Of a stretch of DNA of 46,180 nt, positions 1 to 8,942 are shown in pieces. How positions within the stretch are numbered: position 1 is the first letter of the stretch; each line of letters starts with the position of its first letter. The notes below the pieces were generated by a model that saw nothing but the letters and a program-made list of their open reading frames with translations, was not told the DNA's origin and did not search any database. Location of the stretch: positions 1 through 46,180 of the forward strand of contig CAYZKT010000002.1 in assembly GCA_964478885.1 (NCBI GenBank). Reading direction: 5' to 3'. This DNA comes from an uncultured Syntrophaceae bacterium. GTDB taxonomy: Bacteria; Desulfobacterota; Syntrophia; Syntrophales; UBA2192. The position numbers and the translations under genes were made by a program.

Positions 1-637
1 CGGCGTACTTCGTGCCGCGCACGGCGAAGCCCTTGAGCTTCTTGTCGCCGAAGACGGACCCCGCGTTGCTGCGCGCAGCGGCGCGGAAGCGCTCGACGAT
101 GAGGCAGGAATAGGGGACTCCGTTCTCGCCGGCGGGGCCGATGACGATCGAGCGGATGCGGGAGTCCTTCATCGCCTTGATCATCATCTCGTGGGTCTCG
201 TCCGTCGTCTTGCCCCACATCTTCGAGGCGTCCCGGAACTCCACCTTGTCGTTGACGACGGAGAACCAGACGGGTTTCTTCGCCCGTCCTTTTATGTAGA
301 TGCCGTCCCAGCCGGCCCACTTCAATTCGCTCGCCAGGTGAGCGCCGCACTCGCCGTGGTTCAGAAGGCCCGTGTAGGGGTTTTTGTTGACGATGCTCGT
401 CCTGGGGGAGACGCACATCGTTCCTGCCAGGGGCCCGGAACCGACGAACACGAAGGCGTCCTCGTCGAGGGGGTTCTTGCCCGCCTTGTACTCCGTCACG
501 GCGAAGTAGGCCCCGAGGCCGCGGGCGCCGATGTACTGCTGATAGATTTCCGCGGAGACCGGCCGTGTCTTAAAGGTCTGCTTGCTGAGATCGATCTCCA
601 GTACCTTTCCGAAATTTCCGCCTTTGGATGTTGCCAT
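1..637 (-). CDS. aldehyde:ferredoxin oxidoreductase (AOR) family tungsto/molybdopterin enzyme, N-terminal part; gene continues beyond the window start
   Basis: Absent from the ORF track (no stop in window). Hand translation of the minus strand from ATG at 635-637 gives MATSKGGNFGKVLEIDLSKQTFKTRPVSAEIYQQYIGARGLGAYF...GSGPLAGTMCVSPRTSIVNKNPYTG...IGPAGENGVPYSCLIVERFRAAARSNAG, typical of the AOR N-terminal domain. GGAGG lies about 8 nt upstream. Confidence 0.85.
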   Translation of the reverse strand, partial: MATSKGGNFGKVLEIDLSKQTFKTRPVSAEIYQQYIGARGLGAYFAVTEYKAGKNPLDEDAFVFVGSGPLAGTMCVSPRTSIVNKNPYTGLLNHGECGAHLASELKWAGWDGIYIKGRAKKPVWFSVVNDKVEFRDASKMWGKTTDETHEMMIKAMKDSRIRSIVIGPAGENGVPYSCLIVERFRAAARSNAGSVFGDKKLKGFAVRGTKYA

Positions 638-642
638 GGTGA

Positions 643-1389
643 TCACCTCCCTTTCCGGGTCTTCGCGGGCACGACCCTCTTGCCCTCGACGTTGGGATAG
701 AACAGGAGGCTCGCGAGGTCCTTGCCTGCCTCTTCAGGCGTCACGTTCCGGTGCGACATGTTCACGCCGATGCCCACGGGCCGGCTCATGAGGCAGGGAC
801 CCTGCGGGTTGCCCGCCTGAGCGTGGCAGGCCTTGACGCACTGGGGGTCGCCGCCGCAGAGATCGCAGATCAGGGGCTGGCCCGTGTCGGGGTTGCCGCG
901 GATGTACTTCGCCGGGCAGGCCTCCTGGCACTTCATGCACTTGGCGCCCAGGCAGATCTTCTCGTTGAGGATGATGCCGTTGCTCTTGGCGTCGCGCGTG
1001 ATCGCCTTCGGCGTTGTCGGGCAGGCCGCGATGCAGGGCGCGTCGTCGCACTGCCAGCAGATGACAGGCACATCGACGATGTCCTTGTACTTGTCGATCC
1101 AGATCCGGGCCAGGTCGGGCCGGACATTGCCGGTGTGGAACAGCGAGCAGGCCAGCTCGCAGCTCCGGCAGCCCGTGCAGTTCTGGCGCCCGGCGTAGAG
1201 GAACTTCTGCGCGTAGGGCTTGGTGCCCGGTGCGGTCTGGACCGAGTACTGGGCCTCGGCCTTCTTCGGGGCGATGCCGCCGATGGCGGAGATCGCAAGC
1301 GCGCCTCCCGCCGCAGCGGCACTCCCTCTCAAGAAGTCACGACGGCTCGTTTCCTTCTTGAGAACATCAGGCAGTTTCTTTTCTTCCAT
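643..1389 (-). CDS. Tat-signal 4x[4Fe-4S] ferredoxin-like subunit (DmsB/YdhX-like), upstream partner of the AOR gene
   Basis: 248-aa ORF. Twin-arginine motif SRRDFLRGSAAAAGGALAISA. Cys clusters CTGCRSCELAC, CWQCDDAPCIAACP, CLGAKCMKCQEACP, CDLCGGDPQCVKAC. Stop is 5 nt before the AOR start. Confidence 0.85.
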   Translation of the reverse strand: MEEKKLPDVLKKETSRRDFLRGSAAAAGGALAISAIGGIAPKKAEAQYSVQTAPGTKPYAQKFLYAGRQNCTGCRSCELACSLFHTGNVRPDLARIWIDKYKDIVDVPVICWQCDDAPCIAACPTTPKAITRDAKSNGIILNEKICLGAKCMKCQEACPAKYIRGNPDTGQPLICDLCGGDPQCVKACHAQAGNPQGPCLMSRPVGIGVNMSHRNVTPEEAGKDLASLLFYPNVEGKRVVPAKTRKGR

Positions 1390-1423
1390 GTCTGACCTCC
1401 ATGTGGATTGCCTCGTGTTAACG

Positions 1424-1437
1424 GCTTGACGTCAAGC
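1424..1437. promoter_or_regulatory. perfect 14-bp palindrome GCTTGACGTCAAGC in the AOR-operon leader (candidate operator)
   Basis: Read directly. Lies 35-50 nt upstream of the ferredoxin ATG (1389). No known regulator assigned. Confidence 0.3.
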
Positions 1438-1877
1438 GGATAAAAGGTGATCCCCCCTTTCCAGCATTTTCTTTGGTGAATCGGTTCGAAATGGCGGCTG
1501 CTGTCTTCCCGGCGAGGTACGGGGAATGTGAAAAGGCTACGGGCGGACATTGCCGTGCAGGGCGGAAAGAAGAGAAGGGGTCTGTGTGGCAATCATCCGG
1601 GATCCGTCACGATGACCGTCTGTTCTCGATCGCGTTGCGCGGCATTGCCGACCCTTGCCGAACGGATCGAGCAACGCTTCCCGCACCGATGACCCCCAGA
1701 TTGTATTGACCCCGTGAATACGCTCAGGGCGGTGAACCCTGAATAAAAATCGGTCCGGGAAAGCGGAAGTGCCGTGCGTGACGGTCTTCGTTCGGGAGGC
1801 ACTATACGCGTATCCCGGGAAGGAAGTCAACTTTTATTTTCTGAAAAGCGCAATTAAATCAGCTAGTTATGCCATGT

Positions 1878-1906
1878 TTGACATAGGCGGCCTCGTCGTG
1901 CAGAAT
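1878..1906 (+). promoter_or_regulatory. sigma70-like promoter for the ModE-type regulator gene
   Basis: TTGACA (1878-1883), 17-nt spacer, CAGAAT (1901-1906), about 60 nt upstream of ATG 1969. Confidence 0.35.
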
Positions 1907-1968
1907 AGCAAACGATTCCGCGGCTACTGAAATGCGGATGCGAATCAGGAGGACGAAAAGGAGCGGAC

Positions 1969-2286
1969 ATGGAGATCAAACACAAGCTGTGGCTCGAAAA
2001 GAATGACCGCGTCATCTTCGGGCCGGGACGGTTCGAGTTGCTCGAGGCGATCGAGGAGTGCCAGAGCCTCAGCGCCGCTGCGAAAAAGCTCAAGATGTCC
2101 TACCGGGCTGCCTGGGGGCGTCTGAGGGCGTCCGAGGACAGGCTGGGGATGCCGCTCGTGGAACTGACCGACAACCGCCAGGGCATGCGCCTGACAGATG
2201 AGGCGAAGAAATTGAAGGATGCCTTCTTGGAGCTGGAATTCAAGATCGACGGGCTGCTGAAGGAGTACCAGGCGAAGCTTCCCTGA
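1969..2286 (+). CDS. ModE N-terminal-domain-type (winged-helix, molybdate/tungstate-responsive family) transcriptional regulator, without Mop domains
   Basis: 105 aa. FGPGRFELLEAIEECQSLSAAAKKLKMSYRAAWGRLRASEDRLGMPLVE resembles the ModE HTH region. Divergent from the AOR operon. Confidence 0.75.
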   Translation: MEIKHKLWLEKNDRVIFGPGRFELLEAIEECQSLSAAAKKLKMSYRAAWGRLRASEDRLGMPLVELTDNRQGMRLTDEAKKLKDAFLELEFKIDGLLKEYQAKLP

Positions 2287-2287
2287 A

Positions 2288-2368
2288 GAAGTGGGGGAAG
2301 TGAGAGAAGTGCAGGAAGTGCAGGAAGTGCAGGAAGTGGAAGAAGTGTAGGAAGTGATAGAAGTGAAA
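2288..2368 (+). repeat. nine head-to-tail copies of a 9-bp unit GAAGTGNNR
   Basis: gaagtgggg gaagtgaga gaagtgcag gaagtgcag gaagtgcag gaagtggaa gaagtgtag gaagtgata gaagtgaaa. Starts 2 nt after the regulator stop codon. Confidence 0.95.
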
Positions 2369-2538
2369 ATGAAAGATGCCCGGTGTGAGAACGCCGGGTA
2401 TTTTTTTGTCTCTGCAAAATGTCGATTTACAGGGCCCACGCGAATTGCTATTTTATGCGCACCCGTCTTGCGTGCGGTTCGTAAAGACGTCACCAGGGTC
2501 AGGAAACACCCAACGGTTTTCAGGAAAGAGCCAGGTTC

Positions 2539-4350
2539 ATGAAAAAGGAGCACAAATTTTCCCTGTTCTACATTCTTCTGGCGGTCTGGGCGGTCCTGCT
2601 CATCCAGAGCTACCTCGCCTCCATGATGAGCTCGCAGGTCGTCCCCTACAGCCAGTTCCTGAAGCTGCTCAAGGAAGGCAAGGTCACCGAGGTGGCCATT
2701 TCGGCCAACCGCATCGAGGGGAAGATGAAGGTGGAAGGAAAACCCGGCGAGACGCAGACCTTCCGGACCAACCGGGTGGACCAGGACCTCTCGGAGCTGC
2801 TCGACAAGTACCAGGTAACCTTCAAGGGGGAGGTGGAGAGCACGTTCCTGCGCGACCTGTTCTCGTGGGTCTTCCCGATCGTGATCTTCTTCGGCATCTG
2901 GTACCTGCTCATGAAGCGCATGGGCGGGCAGCAGGCCGGCTTCATGACGCTGGGCAAGAGCAAGGCCAAGATCTACATGGAGAACGAGATCAAGATCACC
3001 TTCAAGGACGTGGCCGGCGTCGACGAAGCGAAGCAGGAGCTCCAGGAGGTCATCGAGTTTCTCAAGAACCCGAAGAAGTTCACGGGGCTCGGCGGCCGCA
3101 TTCCCAAGGGCATCCTTCTCGTGGGGCCCCCGGGGACAGGAAAGACCCTGCTCGCCAAGGCCGTGGCGGGAGAGAGCGCCGTTCCTTTCTTCAGCCTCAG
3201 CGGCTCCGAGTTTGTCGAGATGTTCGTCGGCCTGGGCGCGGCGCGGGTCCGGGACCTCTTCGACCAGGCAAAACAGAAGGCCCCCTGCATCATCTTCATC
3301 GACGAGCTCGACGCGCTCGGGAAGGCGCGCGGGTTCGCCATGCCGGGCGGCGGCCACGACGAGCGGGAACAAACCCTGAACCAGCTGCTGACCGAGATGG
3401 ACGGCTTCGACGCCAATGCGGGGGTCATCCTCATGGCCGCGACGAACCGGCCCGAGATCCTCGACCCGGCCCTGCTGAGGGCGGGGCGCTTCGACCGGCA
3501 CGTCCTCGTCGACCGTCCCGACAAGAAGGGCAGGGAGGACATCCTGAAGGTGCATGTCCGCAACGTGAAGCTCGGCTCCGACGTAGACCTGGAGAAGATC
3601 GCGGGCATGACGCCGGGCATGGTGGGCGCCGACCTGGCCAATCTCATCAACGAGGCCGCCCTGCTGGCCGTCCGGCACGATAAACAGGAAGTGGGGATGG
3701 CGGAATTCGTCGAGTCCATCGAGCGGGTCGTGGCAGGTCTCGAAAAGAAGAACCGCCTCATCAACCCCCAGGAGCGGGAGATCGTGGCCTACCACGAACT
3801 CGGCCACGCCATCGTCGCCCTGTCGCTGCCGGGGACGGACCCGGTACAGAAGATCTCGATCATTCCCCGCGGCATCGCCGCGCTGGGCTACACCATGCAG
3901 GCTCCCACGGAGGACCGCTTCCTCATGAAGAAGACGGAGCTCCTGAACCGTATCGCGACGCTCCTGGGCGGACGTGCCTCCGAGGAAACCGTGTTCGGCG
4001 ACATCTCCACGGGGGCGCACAACGACCTGGCCCGCGCCACGGACATCGCCCGCAGCATGGTCAAGGAGTACGGGATGAGTTCCGAGGTCGGGCAGGTCTA
4101 CTTTGCCCGGGAGAAGCGCTCCGCCTTCCTCGACACCATGGTCCCCGAGGGCGGCGACTACAGCGAGGCAACGGCGGAGCTCATCGACCGAGAGATCCGG
4201 ACCATCATCGATTCCCAGTACGCGGTTGCAAAGTCCATCCTTGCCGGCAAAAGGGTTGTCCTCGACCGGGGGGCGAAGCTTCTGCTGCAAAGGGAGAAGA
4301 TCGAGGGCTCGGAGTTGAAGGACCTCATGGACGGGAATGCGGCCTCCTGA
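2539..4350 (+). CDS. ftsH: ATP-dependent zinc metalloprotease FtsH
   Basis: 603 aa. N-terminal TM segment, Walker A GPPGTGKT, zinc site HELGHA, conserved AAA and M41 regions throughout. Confidence 0.97.
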   Translation: MKKEHKFSLFYILLAVWAVLLIQSYLASMMSSQVVPYSQFLKLLKEGKVTEVAISANRIEGKMKVEGKPGETQTFRTNRVDQDLSELLDKYQVTFKGEVESTFLRDLFSWVFPIVIFFGIWYLLMKRMGGQQAGFMTLGKSKAKIYMENEIKITFKDVAGVDEAKQELQEVIEFLKNPKKFTGLGGRIPKGILLVGPPGTGKTLLAKAVAGESAVPFFSLSGSEFVEMFVGLGAARVRDLFDQAKQKAPCIIFIDELDALGKARGFAMPGGGHDEREQTLNQLLTEMDGFDANAGVILMAATNRPEILDPALLRAGRFDRHVLVDRPDKKGREDILKVHVRNVKLGSDVDLEKIAGMTPGMVGADLANLINEAALLAVRHDKQEVGMAEFVESIERVVAGLEKKNRLINPQEREIVAYHELGHAIVALSLPGTDPVQKISIIPRGIAALGYTMQAPTEDRFLMKKTELLNRIATLLGGRASEETVFGDISTGAHNDLARATDIARSMVKEYGMSSEVGQVYFAREKRSAFLDTMVPEGGDYSEATAELIDREIRTIIDSQYAVAKSILAGKRVVLDRGAKLLLQREKIEGSELKDLMDGNAAS

Positions 4351-4409
4351 AGGCGGTCGTACAATGCTGTGACGCAGCCTCTCCAGCCACGCTCAAACCA
4401 TGCGATAGC

Positions 4410-4465
4410 GAAGTGAGGAAGAGCGGAAGGCAGGAAGAGCGGAAATACGGAGAACGCGGAGACAA
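4410..4465 (+). repeat. purine-rich tract with 8-bp GAAG periodicity
   Basis: gaagtgag gaagagcg gaaggcag gaagagcg gaaatacg gagaacgc ggagacaa. Overlaps the 5' end of the tracked resB ORF. Confidence 0.6.
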
Positions 4466-5855
4466 CCTTTTGCAGGAAGAGAAAAAGAACTTGAAAAACC
4501 CGGTCTGGTCGTTCTTCTCGTCGGTCAGGCTGACCATCGCCCTGCTGATCATCATCGCCCTCGCCGCCGTCATCGGGACCGTGGTCCCGCAGCAGGAAGC
4601 GGCGAGCGAGAGCCTCCAGAAGCTGCCGCCCGCCCTGGCGGGGATCGTCAAGGCCCTGCAGGTCACCGACCTGTACCATTCCCCGTGGTTTCTTCTCCTG
4701 ATGGGGCTGCTCACGGTCAACCTCGTCGTCTGCTCGCTGAACCGCCTGCCCGTTTCGCTTCGACTCTACAGGAGGAAACCGGAGCCCGACCGCGCAGGCC
4801 TCTACGAGGATCTGCCCCCGGAGCGCGTCTTCGCGGCTGAGGGCGGCACGGAGGACGCCGCGGCCCGGATGGAGCAGGTCCTGAAAAAATCCCTCGGCCC
4901 CGTCGAGCGAAAGCAGGAGGGCGAGACCGTCTGGCTTTCGGCCCACCGGGGCGCCTGGTCCTACTTCGGGGTCTACGGGATCCACGCAGGCGTTCTCGTC
5001 ATCATCCTCGGCGCCGTCATCGGCTCCATCCTCGGTTTCGACGGGTACGTGAACATACCCGAGGGGGGCGCGGCCGACGCCATCGAGCTGAGGGGCGGCA
5101 AGGGGGAGATGAAACTGGGGTTCGACGTGCGGTGCGACGACTTCAACGTCGAGTTCTACGACAGCGGCATGCCCAAGCTCTACCGGTCCGACCTGTCCTT
5201 CCTGAAGGGCGGGGAGATCCGGGCCCGGGGCGTCCTGATGGTGAACCACCCCCTCGAGTTCGAGGGGATCCGCTTCTACCAGTCCACCTACGGCGCAATC
5301 CCCGGTGAGGCCGTCCTCTCGATCGAAGGGAAGGGACAGAGAACCGTCAAGCGGGCCCGGCAGGGGGAGCGCTTCGCCATCGACGGAGGGAAGGCCCACG
5401 TGGAGATCCTGCGCATCGAGGGGAACCTGATGCGGATGGGGCCGGCCGTCAAGGTCGGCATCACGGCCGGCGACAGGGCCCTCTCCTTCTGGGTGTTCAA
5501 ATTCATCGAGGCCATCGAGGAGCAGAACCCGGGCATCACGAGCCAGGTGCCGCAGTTCAATGCGGGCCTCTACAGGCCCTACCGCTTCGGCCTCGAGGGG
5601 ATCGAGACCTCTTTCTACACGGGGCTCAAGGTCAACCGCGACCCCGGGGTCCCGGTCGTTGCGGCGGGGGCCTTTCTCCTGGTGGCAGGCTTTCTGCTGA
5701 CCTTTTTCTCATCCCACCGGCAGGTTTTCGTCCGCGTGGACCGCAGGCACGGCAAGACGCGCCTGTCCGTCGCGGCGCGCTGCAACCGGGACGCCGTGAA
5801 GCTCGATCGGGAGATCGGACGGATCGTCCGTCTCTACAGGGGTGAAACCGCATGA
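4413..5855 (+). CDS. resB: cytochrome c biogenesis protein ResB/Ccs1 (system II); true start uncertain (GTG 4413 or TTG 4470)
   Basis: NPVWSFFSSVRLTIALLIIIALAAVIGTVVPQQ is the typical ResB N-terminus. Large periplasmic domain and C-terminal TM. Stop overlaps the ccsA start (ATGA). Confidence 0.85.
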   Translation: MRKSGRQEERKYGERGDNLLQEEKKNLKNPVWSFFSSVRLTIALLIIIALAAVIGTVVPQQEAASESLQKLPPALAGIVKALQVTDLYHSPWFLLLMGLLTVNLVVCSLNRLPVSLRLYRRKPEPDRAGLYEDLPPERVFAAEGGTEDAAARMEQVLKKSLGPVERKQEGETVWLSAHRGAWSYFGVYGIHAGVLVIILGAVIGSILGFDGYVNIPEGGAADAIELRGGKGEMKLGFDVRCDDFNVEFYDSGMPKLYRSDLSFLKGGEIRARGVLMVNHPLEFEGIRFYQSTYGAIPGEAVLSIEGKGQRTVKRARQGERFAIDGGKAHVEILRIEGNLMRMGPAVKVGITAGDRALSFWVFKFIEAIEEQNPGITSQVPQFNAGLYRPYRFGLEGIETSFYTGLKVNRDPGVPVVAAGAFLLVAGFLLTFFSSHRQVFVRVDRRHGKTRLSVAARCNRDAVKLDREIGRIVRLYRGETA

Positions 5856-6691
5856 ACACGAAAATGCTCGGCTGGGCGACGGTCATCTACCTTCTTGCCA
5901 TGGCCTTCTACCTGATCCGCCTGCTGCGCGACGACGAATACTGGGGAAAGCTCGCCACGGGGACGGCCTCCGCAGGCCTCGCCCTTCACACGGTCGGCAT
6001 CGTCGTGCGCTGGTGGGAATCCTACCGGCTGGGCATCGGGCACGCGCCGCTGGCGAATTTCTACGAATCCATGATCTTCTTCTCCTGGGCGATCATGCTG
6101 CTCTACCTCATCACGGAGTGGAAGATCAAGAACCGGGTCATCGGCCCCTTCGTGACGCCCGTGGCTTTTCTCTCGATGGCTTACGCGTCCCTTTCCCCCG
6201 ACGAGGCGACGCGGATCCAGCCCCTTATCCCCGCCCTGCAGAGCAACTGGCTGACGAGCCACGTGGTGACCTGCTTCATGGGGTACGGCGCCTTCACGAT
6301 CGCCTTCGGGCTGGGCGTGCTGTTCTTCGCCCGGCGCTTCGTTTCCGGCTCGGGGAACCCCGGGAAGGGCGGCGGGCATTTCCCAGACGAGGGGACCATC
6401 GAGGAACTGATCTACCACAGCACGATCATGGGCTTCATCTTCCTGTCGCTGGGGATCATCACGGGCTCGGTCTGGGCCAATTTCGCCTGGGGGGCCTACT
6501 GGAGCTGGGACCCGAAGGAGACCTGGTCGCTCATCACCTGGCTCATTTACGCCGCGCTGCTCCACGCGCGCCTCGTCCGCGGATGGAGAGGCAAGCGCGT
6601 CGCGATCATGGCCATTGCGGGCTTTGCGTCGGTGCTCTTCACCTACCTCGGGGTGAACTACCTCGACAGCCTGCACAGCTACCTCCTGTGA
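5852..6691 (+). CDS. ccsA: cytochrome c-type biogenesis protein CcsA/ResC (haem-handling WWD protein)
   Basis: 279 aa, polytopic. Trp-rich motif WANFAWGAYWSWDPKETWSLITW. Confidence 0.9.
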   Translation: MNTKMLGWATVIYLLAMAFYLIRLLRDDEYWGKLATGTASAGLALHTVGIVVRWWESYRLGIGHAPLANFYESMIFFSWAIMLLYLITEWKIKNRVIGPFVTPVAFLSMAYASLSPDEATRIQPLIPALQSNWLTSHVVTCFMGYGAFTIAFGLGVLFFARRFVSGSGNPGKGGGHFPDEGTIEELIYHSTIMGFIFLSLGIITGSVWANFAWGAYWSWDPKETWSLITWLIYAALLHARLVRGWRGKRVAIMAIAGFASVLFTYLGVNYLDSLHSYLL

Positions 6692-6735
6692 CGGGGAGCT
6701 CCGACAGGAACAGTGACGAAGAAACGGAGGAAACC

Positions 6736-7221
6736 ATGCTGCACCTGAACCGAATCGCCATCCTGCTGATCGTTTTGGGGGCCCTGCTGGGCGCACCCGC
6801 GTTCGCGTCGGCCCAGGGCGCTGCCCCGAAGCCCGACCTGGTGGTCGACAGGATTTATCTGAACCAGGAGGGGAACATTGTCGTGGACATCCGCAACGCG
6901 GGCCCGGGAGCGCTTCCCGACAACGCCTACCGGTCCACGGAGTCATACGCGGCCTGTTTCGTGATCATGATCGGCGTGCAGTTCGTGGATTACGCGACCC
7001 TGTGGTCCGCGGACCCGGACCGTGCCCTGCTCAACCCGGGCGGAGCGGTGACGTACACGAGCCCCGTCAAGATCACGGAGCCCACGGCCGTCCGGGTCTG
7101 GATGGACATCACCGAGCAGATCGAGGAGGCCAGCGAGGGAAACAACATCAAGCAGGTCCTCCTGAAACCCGAGACTGCGAAGGCGCCCGGCGACGACCCC
7201 GGGAAGGGACCCGGTCGATGA
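6736..7221 (+). CDS. secreted hypothetical protein with a CARDB-like beta-sandwich signature
   Basis: In-frame ATG at 6736 inside tracked ORF 5842..7221, GGAGG 5 nt upstream. Signal peptide MLHLNRIAILLIVLGALLGAPAFASAQG. PDLVVDRIYLNQEGNIVVDIRNAGPGALP is CARDB-like. Confidence 0.6.
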   Translation: MLHLNRIAILLIVLGALLGAPAFASAQGAAPKPDLVVDRIYLNQEGNIVVDIRNAGPGALPDNAYRSTESYAACFVIMIGVQFVDYATLWSADPDRALLNPGGAVTYTSPVKITEPTAVRVWMDITEQIEEASEGNNIKQVLLKPETAKAPGDDPGKGPGR

Positions 7222-8015
7222 GGCAGAAAATCTTTGTCGTGGACGCCTTCACGGACCGGGCCTTCGCGGGAAACCCCGCAGCCGTCTGCATTCTGCCCGG
7301 GCCGCGAGATGACGGCTGGAGGCAGGACGTGGCCCGGGAGATGAACCTCTCGGAAACGGCCTTCCTGGAAAAACGGGACGACGGAAGCTACACGCTGCGC
7401 TGGTTCACCCCGGCCGTCGAGGTCGATCTCTGCGGCCACGCGACACTCGCGAGCGCCCACATCCTCTGGGAGACAGGGGATGCGGAGACGGGCGAGCCCG
7501 TGCGGTTCCACACCCGCAGCGGGATCCTTTCCTCGTTGAAGAAAGGCGATTGGATCGAGATGGACTTCCCCGCCGAGCCTGAAGAACCGGCCGTTGCCCC
7601 GCCGGAACTGGTCGAGGCCCTCGGCGTGGAGCCCCTGTACACGGGGCGCAACCGGTTCGACGTTCTCGTCGAGGTGGGCGACGAGCGCATCGTCCGGGAA
7701 ATCGTTCCCGACATGACCCGCCTTAAGAAGGTGAACATGCGCGGGGCCATCGTCACCAGCCGCAGCCGCTCGGCGGGCTTCGATTTCGTCTCGCGCTTCT
7801 TCGCCCCCGCCGTGGGCGTCGACGAGGACCCGGTGACGGGGTCGGCACACTGCTGCCTGGGGCCTTACTGGGGGGCGAAGCTCGGCAAGACGTCCCTGTC
7901 GGCCCTGCAGGTGTCGGCGCGGGGAGGGATCCTCCGCGTCGGCCTGAAGAAGGACCGCGTCCTGATCGCCGGGCAGGCGGTCACGGTGCTGCGGGCCGAG
8001 CTTGTGGGAGGGTGA
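7218..8015 (+). CDS. PhzF-family (phenazine biosynthesis-like) isomerase
   Basis: MRQKIFVVDAFTDRAFAGNPAAVC...NLSETAFL...RWFTPAVEVDLCGHATLASAHIL...FFAPAVGVDEDPVTGSAHC. ATG overlaps the previous stop (ATGA). Confidence 0.85.
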   Translation: MRQKIFVVDAFTDRAFAGNPAAVCILPGPRDDGWRQDVAREMNLSETAFLEKRDDGSYTLRWFTPAVEVDLCGHATLASAHILWETGDAETGEPVRFHTRSGILSSLKKGDWIEMDFPAEPEEPAVAPPELVEALGVEPLYTGRNRFDVLVEVGDERIVREIVPDMTRLKKVNMRGAIVTSRSRSAGFDFVSRFFAPAVGVDEDPVTGSAHCCLGPYWGAKLGKTSLSALQVSARGGILRVGLKKDRVLIAGQAVTVLRAELVGG

Positions 8016-8027
8016 CCCCTTGGACAT

Positions 8028-8127
8028 GAAGTTGTGAAGTTGGGAAGCTGAGAAGCTCGGACATGATTCCGGCAAGGATCTGTTGAGAGTTGTCCCAAGC
8101 TTCTAAACTTCAAAACTTCCTAACTTC
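8028..8127. repeat. about 100-bp imperfect palindromic element built from 8-bp GAAG-periodic units
   Basis: Left arm gaagttgtgaagttgggaagctgagaagctcgg (8028-8060). Right arm cccaagcttctaaacttcaaaacttcctaacttc (8094-8127) is its imperfect reverse complement, with roughly three quarters of positions pairing by eye. Confidence 0.7.
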
Positions 8128-8171
8128 GCATCGCTCGTCCGAAACCGGGCCAGAGAGGACGTATCGATGGG

Positions 8172-8939
8172 ATGATCGAAGGTGAAAAAAGCTCACTGTA
8201 CGTCGGGACGTCGGGCTTCTCCTATCCCTCCTGGCGGGGTTCGTTCTACCCGGACAACATGCCCGCCCGGGACTTCCTGGCCCACTACAGCTCGCGGTTC
8301 CTTAGCCTGGAAGTCAACAGCACCTTCTACCGGTTCCCCCTCGAATCGACCCTGGCCCGGTGGCGCGACCTGACCCCCGAAGGCTTCGTCTTTGCCGTCA
8401 AGGCGAGCCGCTATATCACCCACATCAAGAGGCTCGGGGAGCCCGAAAACACGGTCGGGCCCTTCCTGGACCGGGTTCGCACACTGGGAACGAAGCTCGG
8501 TCCGATCCTCCTTCAGCTCCCCGCAAAATTCTCTTTCAATAAGGAAGTGTTAGCCTCGTTCTGTGAGGTGCTGGACAAAGGGTTCCTCTACGCCTTCGAG
8601 TTCCGCGATCCCGGCTGGTTTCGGGAGGAGACCTGTGATATTTTGAAACGGCACGGCATGGCGTTCTGCATCTATGACTTTGCGGGGTTCCGCTCGCCCG
8701 ACACGGTGACGTCCGATTTCGTCTACATCCGACTCCACGGCCCGCTGAAGGAGCCCTACCGTGGCGCTTACCCCGTCTCGTTTCTGAAGGACCGCGCGAA
8801 GGCGATCCGGGGATGGCTCTCCGAGGGGAGGGCCGTCTATGTTTTCTTCGACAACACGATGGAGGGCGATGCGGCACGCGATGCTTTGAAACTATCACGC
8901 CTGATGGGCGGCGAGAGAAACCCTGAGGAAATACATTAA
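8172..8939 (+). CDS. DUF72 (UPF0759/YecE-like) family protein
   Basis: 255 aa. GTSGFSYPSWRGSFYP...FLAHYSSRFLSLEVNSTFYRFP...YIRLHG pattern is typical of DUF72. Confidence 0.85.
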   Translation: MIEGEKSSLYVGTSGFSYPSWRGSFYPDNMPARDFLAHYSSRFLSLEVNSTFYRFPLESTLARWRDLTPEGFVFAVKASRYITHIKRLGEPENTVGPFLDRVRTLGTKLGPILLQLPAKFSFNKEVLASFCEVLDKGFLYAFEFRDPGWFREETCDILKRHGMAFCIYDFAGFRSPDTVTSDFVYIRLHGPLKEPYRGAYPVSFLKDRAKAIRGWLSEGRAVYVFFDNTMEGDAARDALKLSRLMGGERNPEEIH

Positions 8940-8942
8940 AGG

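Noticed and set aside
1390-1900. Possible Moco/Tuco riboswitch in the long leader of the AOR operon (fragments such as ACCTCGCCGG and GGAAAGGGGGG).
   Set aside because: I cannot reproduce the conserved Moco-motif core from memory with confidence, and the matches are weak. It is kept only as a test suggestion (cmsearch RF01055), not as a feature.
2288-2368. Possible CRISPR array.
   Set aside because: The units are 9 bp and contiguous with no spacers. No cas genes are present in the window. It is a microsatellite-type tandem repeat.
1945-4290. 781-aa minus-strand ORF antisense to the ModE-like gene and ftsH. Similar long antisense or alternative-frame ORFs include 32247..34382 (+), 37920..40415 (+), 22651..24582 (+), 19129..20664 (-), 13808..15232 (+, N-terminal part), 35257..36624 (+) and 43715..45298 (+).
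   Set aside because: The translations are Arg/Gly/Pro/Asp-rich low-complexity strings with no recognisable motifs. They overlap strongly supported genes on the other strand or frame. This is the usual stop-codon-poor artefact of high-GC DNA.
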